The notes: generated from the letters alone by a model not told the origin. Shown: positions 8,185-17,210, numbered from the stretch's first letter. The stretch: DNA of 40,803 bases from Burkholderiales bacterium (GCA_036394495.1 DASWEZ010000084.1:1-40803); one strand, 5' to 3'. Made by a program: numbers and translations.

Positions 8185-8933
8185 CCTTGGCCGCGCGCGA
8201 CATCACCAAGCGCTTCGGCGGATTGACCGCGTTGGCGCAGGTATCGCTGGAACTGAAACCCGGCGAAGTGCACGGCCTGATCGGGCCGAACGGGAGCGGC
8301 AAGACTACTCTGCTGAATCTGTTTTCCGGCTATTACCGTCCGGACGGTGGAAACATCGTCATCGACGAGACCGAAATTTCCGACGCCACGGTGCAGAAAC
8401 GCGCCGGCCTCGGCGTTGCGCGCACTTTCCAGAAGCCGCGGCTGTTGCCCACGCTCTCCGTGCTGGACAACGCCATGCTCGGCGGCTGGCGCGACGCGCG
8501 CGCCGGTTTCCTCGCAACCGCATTTTCACTGCCGCAGGTGAAAGCCGACGAGCGCGAATTGCGCAGCCGCGCCGAGGAACTGCTGCATGGTGTGGGCCTG
8601 TCGCATGCAATCGGCCGGCGCGCGAATCTCCTCGAACATGCCGAGCAGCGCTTCCTGGAGATCGCTCGCGGCCTGGCGCAGCGGCCGCGCTTCCTGTTGC
8701 TGGACGAACCGGCGGGCGGGCTGACCCCGGCCGAGATCGAACACCTCGGCGCGGTGATCCGCGTCATGCGCGAGTCCGGTGTCGGCGTCCTGCTGGTGGA
8801 GCATCACACCGATTTCGTGTTTCGCATTTCCGATCGCGTGACCACGCTGGACGTCGGGGCCGTGATCAAGCACGGCACGCCGGACGAAGTGAAACGCGAT
8901 CCGGAAGTCATTCGCGTGTACCTGGGGGCTTAG
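8181..8933 (+). CDS. livG: ABC transporter ATP-binding protein (LivG family)
   Basis: ATG 8181 overlaps the livM stop (ATGA). Walker A GPNGSGKTT; LLLDEPAGGL. C-terminal ..DPEVIRVYLG is typical of LivG. Confidence 0.85.
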   Translation: MTLAARDITKRFGGLTALAQVSLELKPGEVHGLIGPNGSGKTTLLNLFSGYYRPDGGNIVIDETEISDATVQKRAGLGVARTFQKPRLLPTLSVLDNAMLGGWRDARAGFLATAFSLPQVKADERELRSRAEELLHGVGLSHAIGRRANLLEHAEQRFLEIARGLAQRPRFLLLDEPAGGLTPAEIEHLGAVIRVMRESGVGVLLVEHHTDFVFRISDRVTTLDVGAVIKHGTPDEVKRDPEVIRVYLGA

Positions 8934-8946
8934 AGTGTTCTATTCC

Positions 8947-9142
8947 GCCAATTCGCGAATGAAAACCCGACGAGAATCGGCGTCATGCTGTGTTCCGAGT
9001 CCTCGCCGTGGGGCCTGCCACTGTCGAGGACTCGCGCCTTGCCTGACGCCGATTTCGCAGGTTTTCTACGCTATGCGGGTCCGCCGACGCCCGAGTTCTC
9101 ATTGCAGTCGTCTGAACATTGCGCGCGTCTTCGCGAATTGGC
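8947..9142. repeat. Inserted element bounded by a perfect 13-bp inverted repeat, lying between livG and livF
   Basis: GCCAATTCGCGAA (8947-8959) and TTCGCGAATTGGC (9130-9142). Internal 9-bp stem GAGTCCTCG/CGAGGACTC (8997-9005/9025-9033). Confidence 0.7.
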
Positions 9143-9158
9143 CGAACAGGACACTCAC

Positions 9159-9893
9159 GTGAGGACCGACAAACCGCTGCTGAAAGTGAGCGAGCTGCAC
9201 GTGGCTTACGGCAAGGCCGAGGTCGTGCACGGCATTTCCCTGGAAGTGCGCAACGGCGAATTCACCGTGATGCTCGGCCGCAACGGCGCGGGCAAGAGCA
9301 CCACGCTGCACGCGATTTCGGGCCTGATTCCGAAAAAGTCCGGCCGCGTCGAATTCGACGGTCGCGACCTGACCGACGCGACGCCGCGCGACATCGTGCG
9401 CGCCGGCATAGTCCAGGTGCTGGAAGGCCATCGCGTCTTCACCACGCTGACGGTCGAAGACAACCTGCTCATTGGCACTTATGCGCGCAGTCCCCATGGC
9501 GACCGCGCGAAGCTCGGGCGTATCTATGATCTGTTTCCGGAACTCCGGGAAAAGCGCAACGATCCCGCCTCGCGCCTGTCAGGCGGGCAGCAGCAGATTC
9601 TCGCGGTCGCGCAAGGCGTGATCGGCGAACCGCGCCTGCTGATTCTCGACGAACCGTCGGCCGGACTGGCGCCGCTGGTCATCGACCGGATTCTTGCGGT
9701 GGCCGCGGAACTGCGCAAAAGCGGCATGGCGATCCTGCTGGTGGAACAGCTCGTGGAAAAGGCGTTGCGCCACGCCGGCTATTGTTACCTGGTGGAGACC
9801 GGCCGCGTCGCCGCCGCCGGCACGCCGAAAGAAATCCAGGCAAGCGACGTATTGCATCAGACTTACCTCGGCGGTCACGCCGCTGCAGGTTGA
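9159..9893 (+). CDS. livF: ABC transporter ATP-binding protein (LivF family)
   Basis: Homology begins at LLKVSELHVAYG. The most plausible start is GTG 9159; the ORF-track start at 8985 would add ~58 non-homologous residues read through the inserted element. Walker A GRNGAGKST; LSGGQQQ; LILDEPS. Confidence 0.75.
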   Translation: MRTDKPLLKVSELHVAYGKAEVVHGISLEVRNGEFTVMLGRNGAGKSTTLHAISGLIPKKSGRVEFDGRDLTDATPRDIVRAGIVQVLEGHRVFTTLTVEDNLLIGTYARSPHGDRAKLGRIYDLFPELREKRNDPASRLSGGQQQILAVAQGVIGEPRLLILDEPSAGLAPLVIDRILAVAAELRKSGMAILLVEQLVEKALRHAGYCYLVETGRVAAAGTPKEIQASDVLHQTYLGGHAAAG

Positions 9894-9920
9894 ATCTCAC
9901 ATCAAAGCACGGCAAATTAA

Positions 9921-10110
9921 ATCTCACCACGAAGGCACGAAGGACACGAAGTGGCACGAAGAAAAGCGAAGACAAGAAGGGAGGTTGGATCGGCTATGAC
10001 CATGCTTCCACGAACAAGAGATGCCGGCGGATCGGCCGTGCGACCCCCCATGTTCAATCTTGGTCTTGCCCTTCTTCGTGTTCCTTCGTGTCCTTCGTGT
10101 CTTCGTGGTG
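9921..10110. repeat. CACGAAGG-family hairpin element, copy 1
   Basis: Left arm atctcaccacgaaggcacgaaggacacgaagtggcacgaagaaa (9921-9964); right arm cttcttcgtgttccttcgtgtccttcgtgtcttcgtggtg (10071-10110); unique ~105-nt centre. Confidence 0.9.
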
Positions 10111-10159
10111 CGCATTTCGGTATGGTTTTTTAAGAATAATAAATAAGAGAGGGGAAGCG

Positions 10160-11215
10160 ATGGCCGCATCGACACGCTGGAAAAACAGGCCCGAGGGTTC
10201 GACCTGGGGCGATTTCGGTCCGGACGATCAACTCGGACGGCTGAACCTGCTGACCCCCGAGAAAGTGAAGCAGGGCATCGCCGAGGTGAAGGAGGGCCTG
10301 GTCTTCTGCCTGAGCCTGCCGCTGGATTATCCAGGCGGCAACCTGCTCAACCCGCGGCGCCATCCGCCGATCCTGCGCCCAACCTTGCGCAACGGCCGGC
10401 CGAACATGGTTTACGTCGTGCAGCGCGACAACCCGGACGCCACCGACGTCATCAACGACGACGCGGTGATCCTGCACCTGCAGTACTCGACGCAGTGGGA
10501 CAGCCTGGCGCACGTCGGCCAGTTGTTCGACGCCGACGGCGACGGCAAGCCGGAACCGGTGTTCTACAACGGCTATCGCGGCGGCAAGGAGATCTCCGGG
10601 CCGACCGATCCGGACGATGCCGGGGCCATCGGCAACGTGCCCGCGAAATCCACGACGGCGGTGCATGCGCTGGGCGTCGAGAACATGGCGGTGAACTGCG
10701 TGCAGGGCCGCGGCGTGATGATCGACCTGCATGCGCACGTCGGCCGCGCCGGCACGGCGGTCGGCTACGACCAGCTCATGCGCATCATCGAGAAGGACAA
10801 GGTCGTCGTCGAAAAAGGCGACATGGTCTGCCTGCACACCGGTTTCGCGCAGATGATCCTGGAAATGAACAAGCAGCCCGACCAGCACAAACTGGGAAAT
10901 TCCTGTGCGACGCTGGACGGGCGCGACAAGAAGCTGCTGCAGTGGATCACGGATTCCGGGCTGGTCTCGCTGATCGCGGACAACTACGCGGTGGAGGCGC
11001 ATCCGGCCACCAGCCACGACGGCTGCTGCGCGACATTGCCGCTGCATGAACACTGCCTGTTCAAGCTCGGCGTGAACCTCGGCGAGATCTGGCACCTGAC
11101 GCCACTCGCCAACTGGCTGCGCGAACACAAGCGTTCGCGTTTCCTGCTCACCGCGCCGCCGCTGCGCCTGCCCGGCGCGGTCGGCTCCCCCACCACACCC
11201 GTGGCAACCGTTTAA
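10160..11215 (+). CDS. Cyclase-family protein (PF04199-like; kynurenine formamidase / isatin hydrolase superfamily)
   Basis: Start trimmed to ATG 10160, preceded by an AT-rich stretch and GAGAGGGGAAG. 351 aa. The family-like motif LQYSTQWDSLAH occupies the place of the canonical HxGTHxDxPxH. Confidence 0.65.
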   Translation: MAASTRWKNRPEGSTWGDFGPDDQLGRLNLLTPEKVKQGIAEVKEGLVFCLSLPLDYPGGNLLNPRRHPPILRPTLRNGRPNMVYVVQRDNPDATDVINDDAVILHLQYSTQWDSLAHVGQLFDADGDGKPEPVFYNGYRGGKEISGPTDPDDAGAIGNVPAKSTTAVHALGVENMAVNCVQGRGVMIDLHAHVGRAGTAVGYDQLMRIIEKDKVVVEKGDMVCLHTGFAQMILEMNKQPDQHKLGNSCATLDGRDKKLLQWITDSGLVSLIADNYAVEAHPATSHDGCCATLPLHEHCLFKLGVNLGEIWHLTPLANWLREHKRSRFLLTAPPLRLPGAVGSPTTPVATV

Positions 11216-11237
11216 CCGACTGACCGAGGAGTTCGCC

Positions 11238-11999
11238 ATGCCAACCCGTGCATCCGCCATCAACTCCGTACAGAAATCCTGTCGCATCCTGCGATCGCTG
11301 ACCGAACCCCGGGTCAGCCGGCTTTCCGAAATCGCCGCGCAGGCCGGGCTCAACAAGGTCACCACGCTGCGCATCCTCGAAGTGCTGACCCGCGAGGGAT
11401 TCGTGAGGCGAGACGAGAAGACCAAGACCTACTCGCTCGGCAACGAGGTATTCATTCTCGCGGCGGCACTGCGCGACCGCGACGACTTGCGCGTCCGCGC
11501 GCGGCCTTCGCTGGTGCGCCTGGCCGCGATGTCCGAGGATTCGGTGCTGTTGTCGGTGCGCAGCGGCGGCACCGAGTCGGTCTGCGTGGACAAGGAAGTG
11601 GGCTCCTTTCCGATTCGCGCGAATTACCTGGACATCGGCAGCCGGCGCCCGCTGGGCATCGGCGCGGGCGCGATGGCCATGCTCGCCTGGCAATCGGAAG
11701 CCGAGATCGAGGCCATCCTGCCGCTCGTCGAGCAGCGGCTGCCGCAATATCCCAAGGTCAGCATGACCTGGCTGAGAAACGAGATCGATCGCTCGCGCGA
11801 GCGCGGCTATGCCGTGTTCCTGAACATGCTGGTCGATCGCATGGGCGCGATCGGCGTACCGATTTTTGGCGCTGACGGAAGACCGGTCGCCGCGCTCAGC
11901 ATCGCCGCGCTCTCCGACCGGCTGTCGTCCCGCATGGACCAACTGGTCGACATGCTCAAGCGCGAAGCGGAAATTGTTGGCAACCCGAAAAGAACGTAA
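11238..11999 (+). CDS. IclR-family transcriptional regulator
   Basis: 253 aa with GAGGAG upstream. N-terminal winged HTH (SVQKSCRILRSL..LSEIAAQAGLNKVTTLRILEVL) plus a C-terminal IclR effector-domain pattern. Confidence 0.85.
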   Translation: MPTRASAINSVQKSCRILRSLTEPRVSRLSEIAAQAGLNKVTTLRILEVLTREGFVRRDEKTKTYSLGNEVFILAAALRDRDDLRVRARPSLVRLAAMSEDSVLLSVRSGGTESVCVDKEVGSFPIRANYLDIGSRRPLGIGAGAMAMLAWQSEAEIEAILPLVEQRLPQYPKVSMTWLRNEIDRSRERGYAVFLNMLVDRMGAIGVPIFGADGRPVAALSIAALSDRLSSRMDQLVDMLKREAEIVGNPKRT

Positions 12000-12045
12000 A
12001 GGCCGTGCCCGACTTCGCTGGATACCGGGCTTCGCCCATAAATGA

Positions 12046-12132
12046 CGTGAATATCGTGAATATCGTAAAAGGCGAAACCGACCGCATTTGGGCTTGGCAA
12101 GACTGCTCTTCACGACATTCACGGTATTCACG
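12046..12132. repeat. Hairpin element with GTGAATATC tandem-unit arms (same family as 2684-2790)
   Basis: Left arm cgtgaatatcgtgaatatcg (12046-12065); right arm cgacattcacggtattcacg (12113-12132); 18/20 complementary. Confidence 0.85.
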
Positions 12133-12147
12133 CTCACGGGGTTGCCC

Positions 12148-13284
12148 GTGAGCTACATCACCGGCGTCGGGCTGATGCCCTACGGCAAGCACCCGGGCAA
12201 GAACACGCTCGACCTGATGGGCGAGGCGGCCACGATGGCGCTTGCCGATGCGCAACTGGAGCGCGGCGACATCGACGGCCTGGTGTGCGGTTATTCGACG
12301 ACGATGCCGCACCTGATGTTGTCGACCGTATTCGCCGAACACTTCGGACTGAAGCCCGAATACGCGCATGCGATCCAGCTCGGCGGGGCGACCGGTTTCG
12401 CCATGGCGATGCTGGCGCATCACCTGGTCGAATCCGGCGTGGCGAAGAACATCCTGGTGGTGGCGGGCGAAAACCGGCTCACCGGGCAAAGCCGCGATTC
12501 CGCGATCCAGACGCTCGCCCAGGTCGGCCATCCGGTTTACGAAGTCCCGCTGGGCGCAACCATTCCCGCGTATTACGGCTTGCTTGCATCGCGCTACATG
12601 CTCGAATACGGCACGACGGAAACGGATTTCGCCGAGCTTGCCGTGCTGATGCGCAGGCACGCCAGCATGCATCCCGGCGCCCAGTTCAAGGAGCCCATCA
12701 CGGTCGATGCGGTGCTTGGCTCGAAACCGATCGCTTCGCCTTTGAAGCTGCTCGACTGTTGCCCGGTTTCCGACGGCGGGGCGGCCTTCGTGGTGAGCCG
12801 TGCACGTACCAACGACTTCAACGTGAAAATCCGCGGCACCGGCCAGGCGCATCCCTACCAGCACCTCAGTGCCGCACCCAGCCTCACACAATCGGGTGCC
12901 GCCCCCGCCATGGCGAAGGCGCTCGCGGCGGCGGGCGTGAAGGCTTCCGACGCGGACTACGCCGCCATCTACGACAGCTTCACCATCACGCTCACCATCC
13001 TGCTCGAGGAACTCGGTCTGGCGCCTCGCGGCGGCGCGGGAAAGCTCGCGCACGAGGGACATTTCAGCCACGACGGCAAGCTGCCGCTCAACACGCACGG
13101 TGGACTGCTCTCGTATGGCCATTGCGGCGTCGGCGGCGCGATGGCCCATCTCGTCGAGACGCACCGGCAACTGACGCAGCGCGCGGAGAACCGCCAAGCG
13201 AAGAATGCCAGTCTCGCGCTGCTGCACGGCGACGGCGGGGTGTTGTCGTCGCATGTATCGCTCGTGGTGGAGTCGGCGACATGA
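12148..13284 (+). CDS. Thiolase-like protein (SCP-x / DUF35-partnered type)
   Basis: Start trimmed to GTG 12148, because the longer ORF reads through the repeat. The N-terminus SYITGVGLMPYGKH fits the thiolase-like pattern. CCPVSDGGAAFVV and NTHGGLLSYGH motifs. Translationally coupled to the DUF35 gene. Confidence 0.8.
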   Translation: MSYITGVGLMPYGKHPGKNTLDLMGEAATMALADAQLERGDIDGLVCGYSTTMPHLMLSTVFAEHFGLKPEYAHAIQLGGATGFAMAMLAHHLVESGVAKNILVVAGENRLTGQSRDSAIQTLAQVGHPVYEVPLGATIPAYYGLLASRYMLEYGTTETDFAELAVLMRRHASMHPGAQFKEPITVDAVLGSKPIASPLKLLDCCPVSDGGAAFVVSRARTNDFNVKIRGTGQAHPYQHLSAAPSLTQSGAAPAMAKALAAAGVKASDADYAAIYDSFTITLTILLEELGLAPRGGAGKLAHEGHFSHDGKLPLNTHGGLLSYGHCGVGGAMAHLVETHRQLTQRAENRQAKNASLALLHGDGGVLSSHVSLVVESAT

Positions 13285-13631
13285 ATGTTCTCGACTGGAC
13301 CAAAGACGGCGACGGCATTGCCTATCAAACCTGCGGCAACTGCAAGGCGATCTGGTATTTCCAGCGCAGCTTCTGTCCGGAATGCGGCACGTCCACGCCG
13401 ACCACCTTGCAGGCGTCGGGACGCGGCACAGTCCACGCTCGCACCCTCGTCACTCGCGCCCCGACCGAGGAATTGCGCGCGCACGCGCCTTACTTGATCG
13501 TATTGATCGACGCGGAAGAAGGCTTCCGCCTGATGGCGCACGGCGATGCCGATCTGCAGATCGGCGACCGCGTGCTCGCCCGCTTCACCCAGCTCGCCGG
13601 TCACAAGATTCCGTATTTCGATAAAGCTTAA
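13281..13631 (+). CDS. DUF35 OB-fold / rubredoxin-like zinc-ribbon protein
   Basis: ATG 13281 overlaps the thiolase stop (ATGA). 116 aa. CGNC..(x13)..CPEC zinc ribbon followed by an OB-fold-like segment. Confidence 0.8.
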   Translation: MNVLDWTKDGDGIAYQTCGNCKAIWYFQRSFCPECGTSTPTTLQASGRGTVHARTLVTRAPTEELRAHAPYLIVLIDAEEGFRLMAHGDADLQIGDRVLARFTQLAGHKIPYFDKA

Positions 13632-13710
13632 ACCAGCCGTCCTGAGGACGGCATTAGGAGCGTTGACACAGATACCCTACGTGCCTAGCACGTCGGAGTA
13701 CCCTTTTAGG

Positions 13711-13868
13711 ACACAGAGGAAGGGCAAGAGAGGGCACAGAGGAAAATAAAAGAGAGAGAAATTCGGCAGCCCGGGTGTCATTGTGACCACCACGTCCACT
13801 ATTCCCGACGCCTGCATTTCTCCCTTTCCGGTTTTCTCTGTGTTCTCTGTGCCCTCTGTGTCTCTGTG
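13711..13868. repeat. Hairpin element with CACAGAGG/AGAGGG purine-rich arms
   Basis: Left arm acacagaggaagggcaagagagggcacagaggaaaa (13711-13746); right arm ttttctctgtgttctctgtgccctctgtgtctctgtg (13832-13868). Pairing is imperfect; the best block is agagggcacagag/ctctgtgccctct. Confidence 0.75.
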
Positions 13869-13901
13869 TTGGGTGTTGATTTTTCTTAAGGACAACAAAA
13901 A

Positions 13902-16013
13902 ATGAAAGATGTATTGCGCGAATCGCTGCGCACGGTATTGAACCCGAAGTCCGTCGCAGTCATCGGCGCTTCCGAGAATGAAAATAAAATCGGCGGCCGC
14001 CCGTTGCTTTATCTGTCCCGCCACGGCTTCAAGGGCAAGGTCTACCCGATTAATCCGAAGCGAGCGGAGATCCAGGGCTTCAAGGCCTACCCGTCGCTTG
14101 CCGATGTGCCCGACGCGCCTGAAGCGGCCATCGTCGCGCTGGCCGGCGACGCGGCCATCGAGGCGGTCGAGCAGTGCGCGAAGCGCGGGGTGAAAACCGC
14201 GGTGGTGATGACTTCGGGGTTCGGCGAGACCGATCCGGTCGGCGGCAAGGCCAAGGAAAAGCGCATGCGCGATGCGGCGCACGCGGCGGGGATGCGCATC
14301 GTCGGACCGAATTCCCAGGGGCTGGCCAATTTCGGCACCGGTGCGATCCTGTCGTTTTCGACCATGTACATCGAAGCGCCGCCGATGGACGGTCCGATCG
14401 CCGTGGTCAGTCAGTCCGGGGCAATGAGCGTGGTGCCCTACGGCTTGCTGCGTGCGCGCGGCCTCGGCGTGAGGCATTCGCATGCCACCGGCAACGATGC
14501 CGACGTGACCGTCTCCGAGCTGGCCTCGGTGGTCGCCGAAGACCCGGACCTGAAATTGCTGTTGCTCTATCTGGAAAGCATCAACGACCCGTTCTTTCTC
14601 GCCGAGACCGCGCGCATCGCCCACGAGCGCAACCTGCCGGTCATCGCGTTGAAATCCGGCCGCACCGCCGCCGGCCAGGAAGCGGCGAAGTCGCACACCG
14701 GGGCGCTGGCAAACGAGGACAGGACGGTCGACGCTTTCCTCGCCAAACACGGCATCTGGCGCGCACGCGACACCGCCGAACTGGTGGCCAGTGCGGAGAT
14801 GTACCTGAAAGGCTGGAAACCGAAGGGCCGCAGGCTGGTGGCGATCAGCAATTCCGGCGCGGTCTGCGTGATGGCAGCCGACGCCGCCAGCACGGTCGGC
14901 ATGCCGCTGGCCAGACTCGCAGAGGGAACGCGCGCGGAACTGGGCAAGATCCTGCCGGGCTTCGCAACGACCACCAATCCGATCGACATCACCGCGGCAC
15001 TGCTGACCAACAGCGGGCTGTTCTCGCAGATCCTGCCCGTGCTTGCGCGCGATTCCGCGGCCGATGCCTTCCTGATCGGCATTCCGGTCGCAGGACAGGG
15101 TTATGACGTCGAGGCCTTTGCCCGCGATTCCGCGGATTTCGCCAAGGCGACGGCCAAGCCGCTGGTCGCGGCGATTCCGCAACCCAATATCGCCGCGCGT
15201 TTCAAGGCGCATGACCTGCCGGTGTTTCCGACCGAATACGAAGCGGTTGCGGCCCTGAACCAGTTCCTGTCGCATGGGGAACTCATGCAGGCGTCGAAGG
15301 GCAGGTCGGCTGCCAGCACGCGCGCGCCGGCTGCGGCTGCAACGACTTCCGCGATGCTGAACGAGGCGGACAGCCTGAAGTTGCTGGCCGATGCCGGCGT
15401 ACCGGTCGTGAAGTTCAAACTATGCCGCAGCGCCGACGAAGCGGCAGCAGCGGCTGCGGAACTGTGCGGTCCGGTTGCGGTGAAAGGCTGCTCGGCCGAC
15501 GTCGTACACAAGAGCGAGCTCGGCCTGGTGCGCCTGGGCTTGAACGACGCTGACCAGGTACGCAAGGCATTCGCGGAAATCCAGCAGGCGCTGGCGAATC
15601 ATGGTGCCCGCTTCGACGGCGCCATCGTCGCGAAAATGGCTCGCGGGCGCCGCGAAATGATGATCGGCGCGCGCGTCGATCCGGTGTTCGGCCCGGTGGT
15701 ACTGGTCGGCGATGGCGGGAAATACGTCGAGGCAATGCCGGACGTGCAATTGCTGATTTCGCCTTTCACCGCGGCTGAAGTGAAGCAGGCCCTGGGACGC
15801 CTGCGCATTGCGCCGCTGCTCGCCGGCGTGCGCGGAGAGCCGGCGCTGGACGTGGAGGCATTCTGCGAGGCGGCGCTCGCCGTCTGCCGGCTGATGACGA
15901 ATCCGCAGTCCGGGGTGGTGAATCTGGATCTGAACCCGGTGCTGCTTGGCGGTAAAGGCGAGGGCTGCGTGGCGCTCGACGCGGTGGTCTATAGAAGAGT
16001 CGTGACGGCGTGA
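13902..16013 (+). CDS. ADP-forming acyl-CoA synthetase (acetate--CoA ligase [ADP-forming] family; CoA-binding, ligase-CoA and ATP-grasp domains)
   Basis: 703 aa. N-terminal SVAVIGASENENKIGG CoA-binding motif; central succinyl-CoA-synthetase-like region; C-terminal ATP-grasp (VAVKGCSADVVHKSELGLV). Confidence 0.85.
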   Translation: MKDVLRESLRTVLNPKSVAVIGASENENKIGGRPLLYLSRHGFKGKVYPINPKRAEIQGFKAYPSLADVPDAPEAAIVALAGDAAIEAVEQCAKRGVKTAVVMTSGFGETDPVGGKAKEKRMRDAAHAAGMRIVGPNSQGLANFGTGAILSFSTMYIEAPPMDGPIAVVSQSGAMSVVPYGLLRARGLGVRHSHATGNDADVTVSELASVVAEDPDLKLLLLYLESINDPFFLAETARIAHERNLPVIALKSGRTAAGQEAAKSHTGALANEDRTVDAFLAKHGIWRARDTAELVASAEMYLKGWKPKGRRLVAISNSGAVCVMAADAASTVGMPLARLAEGTRAELGKILPGFATTTNPIDITAALLTNSGLFSQILPVLARDSAADAFLIGIPVAGQGYDVEAFARDSADFAKATAKPLVAAIPQPNIAARFKAHDLPVFPTEYEAVAALNQFLSHGELMQASKGRSAASTRAPAAAATTSAMLNEADSLKLLADAGVPVVKFKLCRSADEAAAAAAELCGPVAVKGCSADVVHKSELGLVRLGLNDADQVRKAFAEIQQALANHGARFDGAIVAKMARGRREMMIGARVDPVFGPVVLVGDGGKYVEAMPDVQLLISPFTAAEVKQALGRLRIAPLLAGVRGEPALDVEAFCEAALAVCRLMTNPQSGVVNLDLNPVLLGGKGEGCVALDAVVYRRVVTA

Positions 16014-16153
16014 CGATCGTGACGACGTGACGAGGTAAGTTCAAGACCAAAACGCGACTCGCAATCGCGAGTTCGTCGCATCTGGCAATAGGCTTTTAGC
16101 GTCCCTCTGCACATACGTCGTCACGCCGTCACGTCGTCACGTTCGTCACGGCG
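16001..16153. repeat. Hairpin element with GTGACG tandem-unit arms (same family as 3180-3302)
   Basis: Left arm cgtgacggcgtgacgatcgtgacgacgtgacgagg (16001-16035) supplies the last codons and the TGA stop (16011-16013) of the synthetase gene. Right arm 16116-16153 consists of cgtcac units. Confidence 0.9.
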
Positions 16154-16307
16154 CTTCTTATTGACGAACGCCGCCATTTGCGCGAATGTTTGTGTATACG
16201 TGCGCACACGGTTGCGAGGTCTGTTCAAACCCGTGCACACAGGAAACAATTTGACACACCATCCCGGGTCGCGGCAGGTTGCCGCGGCAAAAAAGGAGCA
16301 AGTAGCT

Positions 16308-17210
16308 ATGATCCAGCCGACCCTGTTGCAAACGCATAGGAATTTTTCACTGATCCTGATCTGTGCGATGCTTGGCGCCTGCGCGACAACGCAGAGGGGC
16401 AGCACCGGATCGGGAGACCAGGCGGCGGCGCCGATTTCCGAGGCGGCAAATCCGCAAGATGCGGCGAAACCCGGAGAGACGCCGAGTTCGACCGCCGCCG
16501 GCGCGGCCGGCACTTCTGCGCCATCGAATTCCACCAAGCCCGCGGGTGCCGCTGGCGCGGCCGGCGCGAACGCAGGCACGAAACAAGGTTCGTCCGAAGG
16601 CACTCCCGCGAGCCGCGACAATGAAGAAGCGGCGCAACTCAAGCGCCAGCTCGCCGATCAGGACGCGCAGATCAACAAGCTGCGCACCGAACAGCAGGCG
16701 GAAGCCGACCGGGAGGAGACAGAGGCGGCGAAAATGCGGGAGCAGCAGGCCGCCGCCGGGGGCGTAAAAGACCAGCAGTCCGGCGCTTCCGCCGCTGCGT
16801 CCCAGGACGAAGCGGCAGTCTTTCCGGCCAATGCCAATACCGCGGAATCCGCGGGCGCCGGCAGCGAATCGGTGGTGCAACGCACGATCGAGCACAGCGT
16901 GTATTTCGGCTACGACCAGTACTCCGTGGCGGATGAATACGACGAAATGCTGCTGGCCAATGCCGCTTATCTGAAAGCCCATCCCGCGCTGAAAACGGAA
17001 GTGCAGGGCAATTGCGATGAACGCGGCAGCCGGGAATACAACCTCGCCCTCGGTGCTCGCCGGGCGCAGGCGGTCAAGCGGGCGCTGGAACTTGCCGGAG
17101 CGGACGGCGACCGCATCGTTGCCATCAGCTACGGTGCGGAGAAGCCGGTGGCCACCGGCAAGGATGAAGCGAGCTATAGCCAGAATCGCCGCGCGGACAT
17201 CGTTTACTGA
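16308..17210 (+). CDS. pal: Peptidoglycan-associated lipoprotein (Pal/OmpA family) with an unusually long Ala/Gln/Glu-rich linker
   Basis: Start ATG 16308 with AAGGAG at 16293-16298. Lipobox MLGAC. The C-terminal ~105 aa (VYFGYDQYSV...NCDERGSREYNLALGARRAQAV...NRRADIVY) are very close to E. coli Pal as I remember it. Confidence 0.85.
   Translation: MIQPTLLQTHRNFSLILICAMLGACATTQRGSTGSGDQAAAPISEAANPQDAAKPGETPSSTAAGAAGTSAPSNSTKPAGAAGAAGANAGTKQGSSEGTPASRDNEEAAQLKRQLADQDAQINKLRTEQQAEADREETEAAKMREQQAAAGGVKDQQSGASAAASQDEAAVFPANANTAESAGAGSESVVQRTIEHSVYFGYDQYSVADEYDEMLLANAAYLKAHPALKTEVQGNCDERGSREYNLALGARRAQAVKRALELAGADGDRIVAISYGAEKPVATGKDEASYSQNRRADIVY

Noticed and set aside
6226-8933. Fused long ORFs 6226-8184 (652 aa) and 7242-8933 (563 aa)
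   Set aside because: Only the C-terminal parts (from 7180 and 8181) show LivM and LivG sequence. The N-terminal parts are off-frame reads of the preceding genes. ATGA overlaps mark the true starts.
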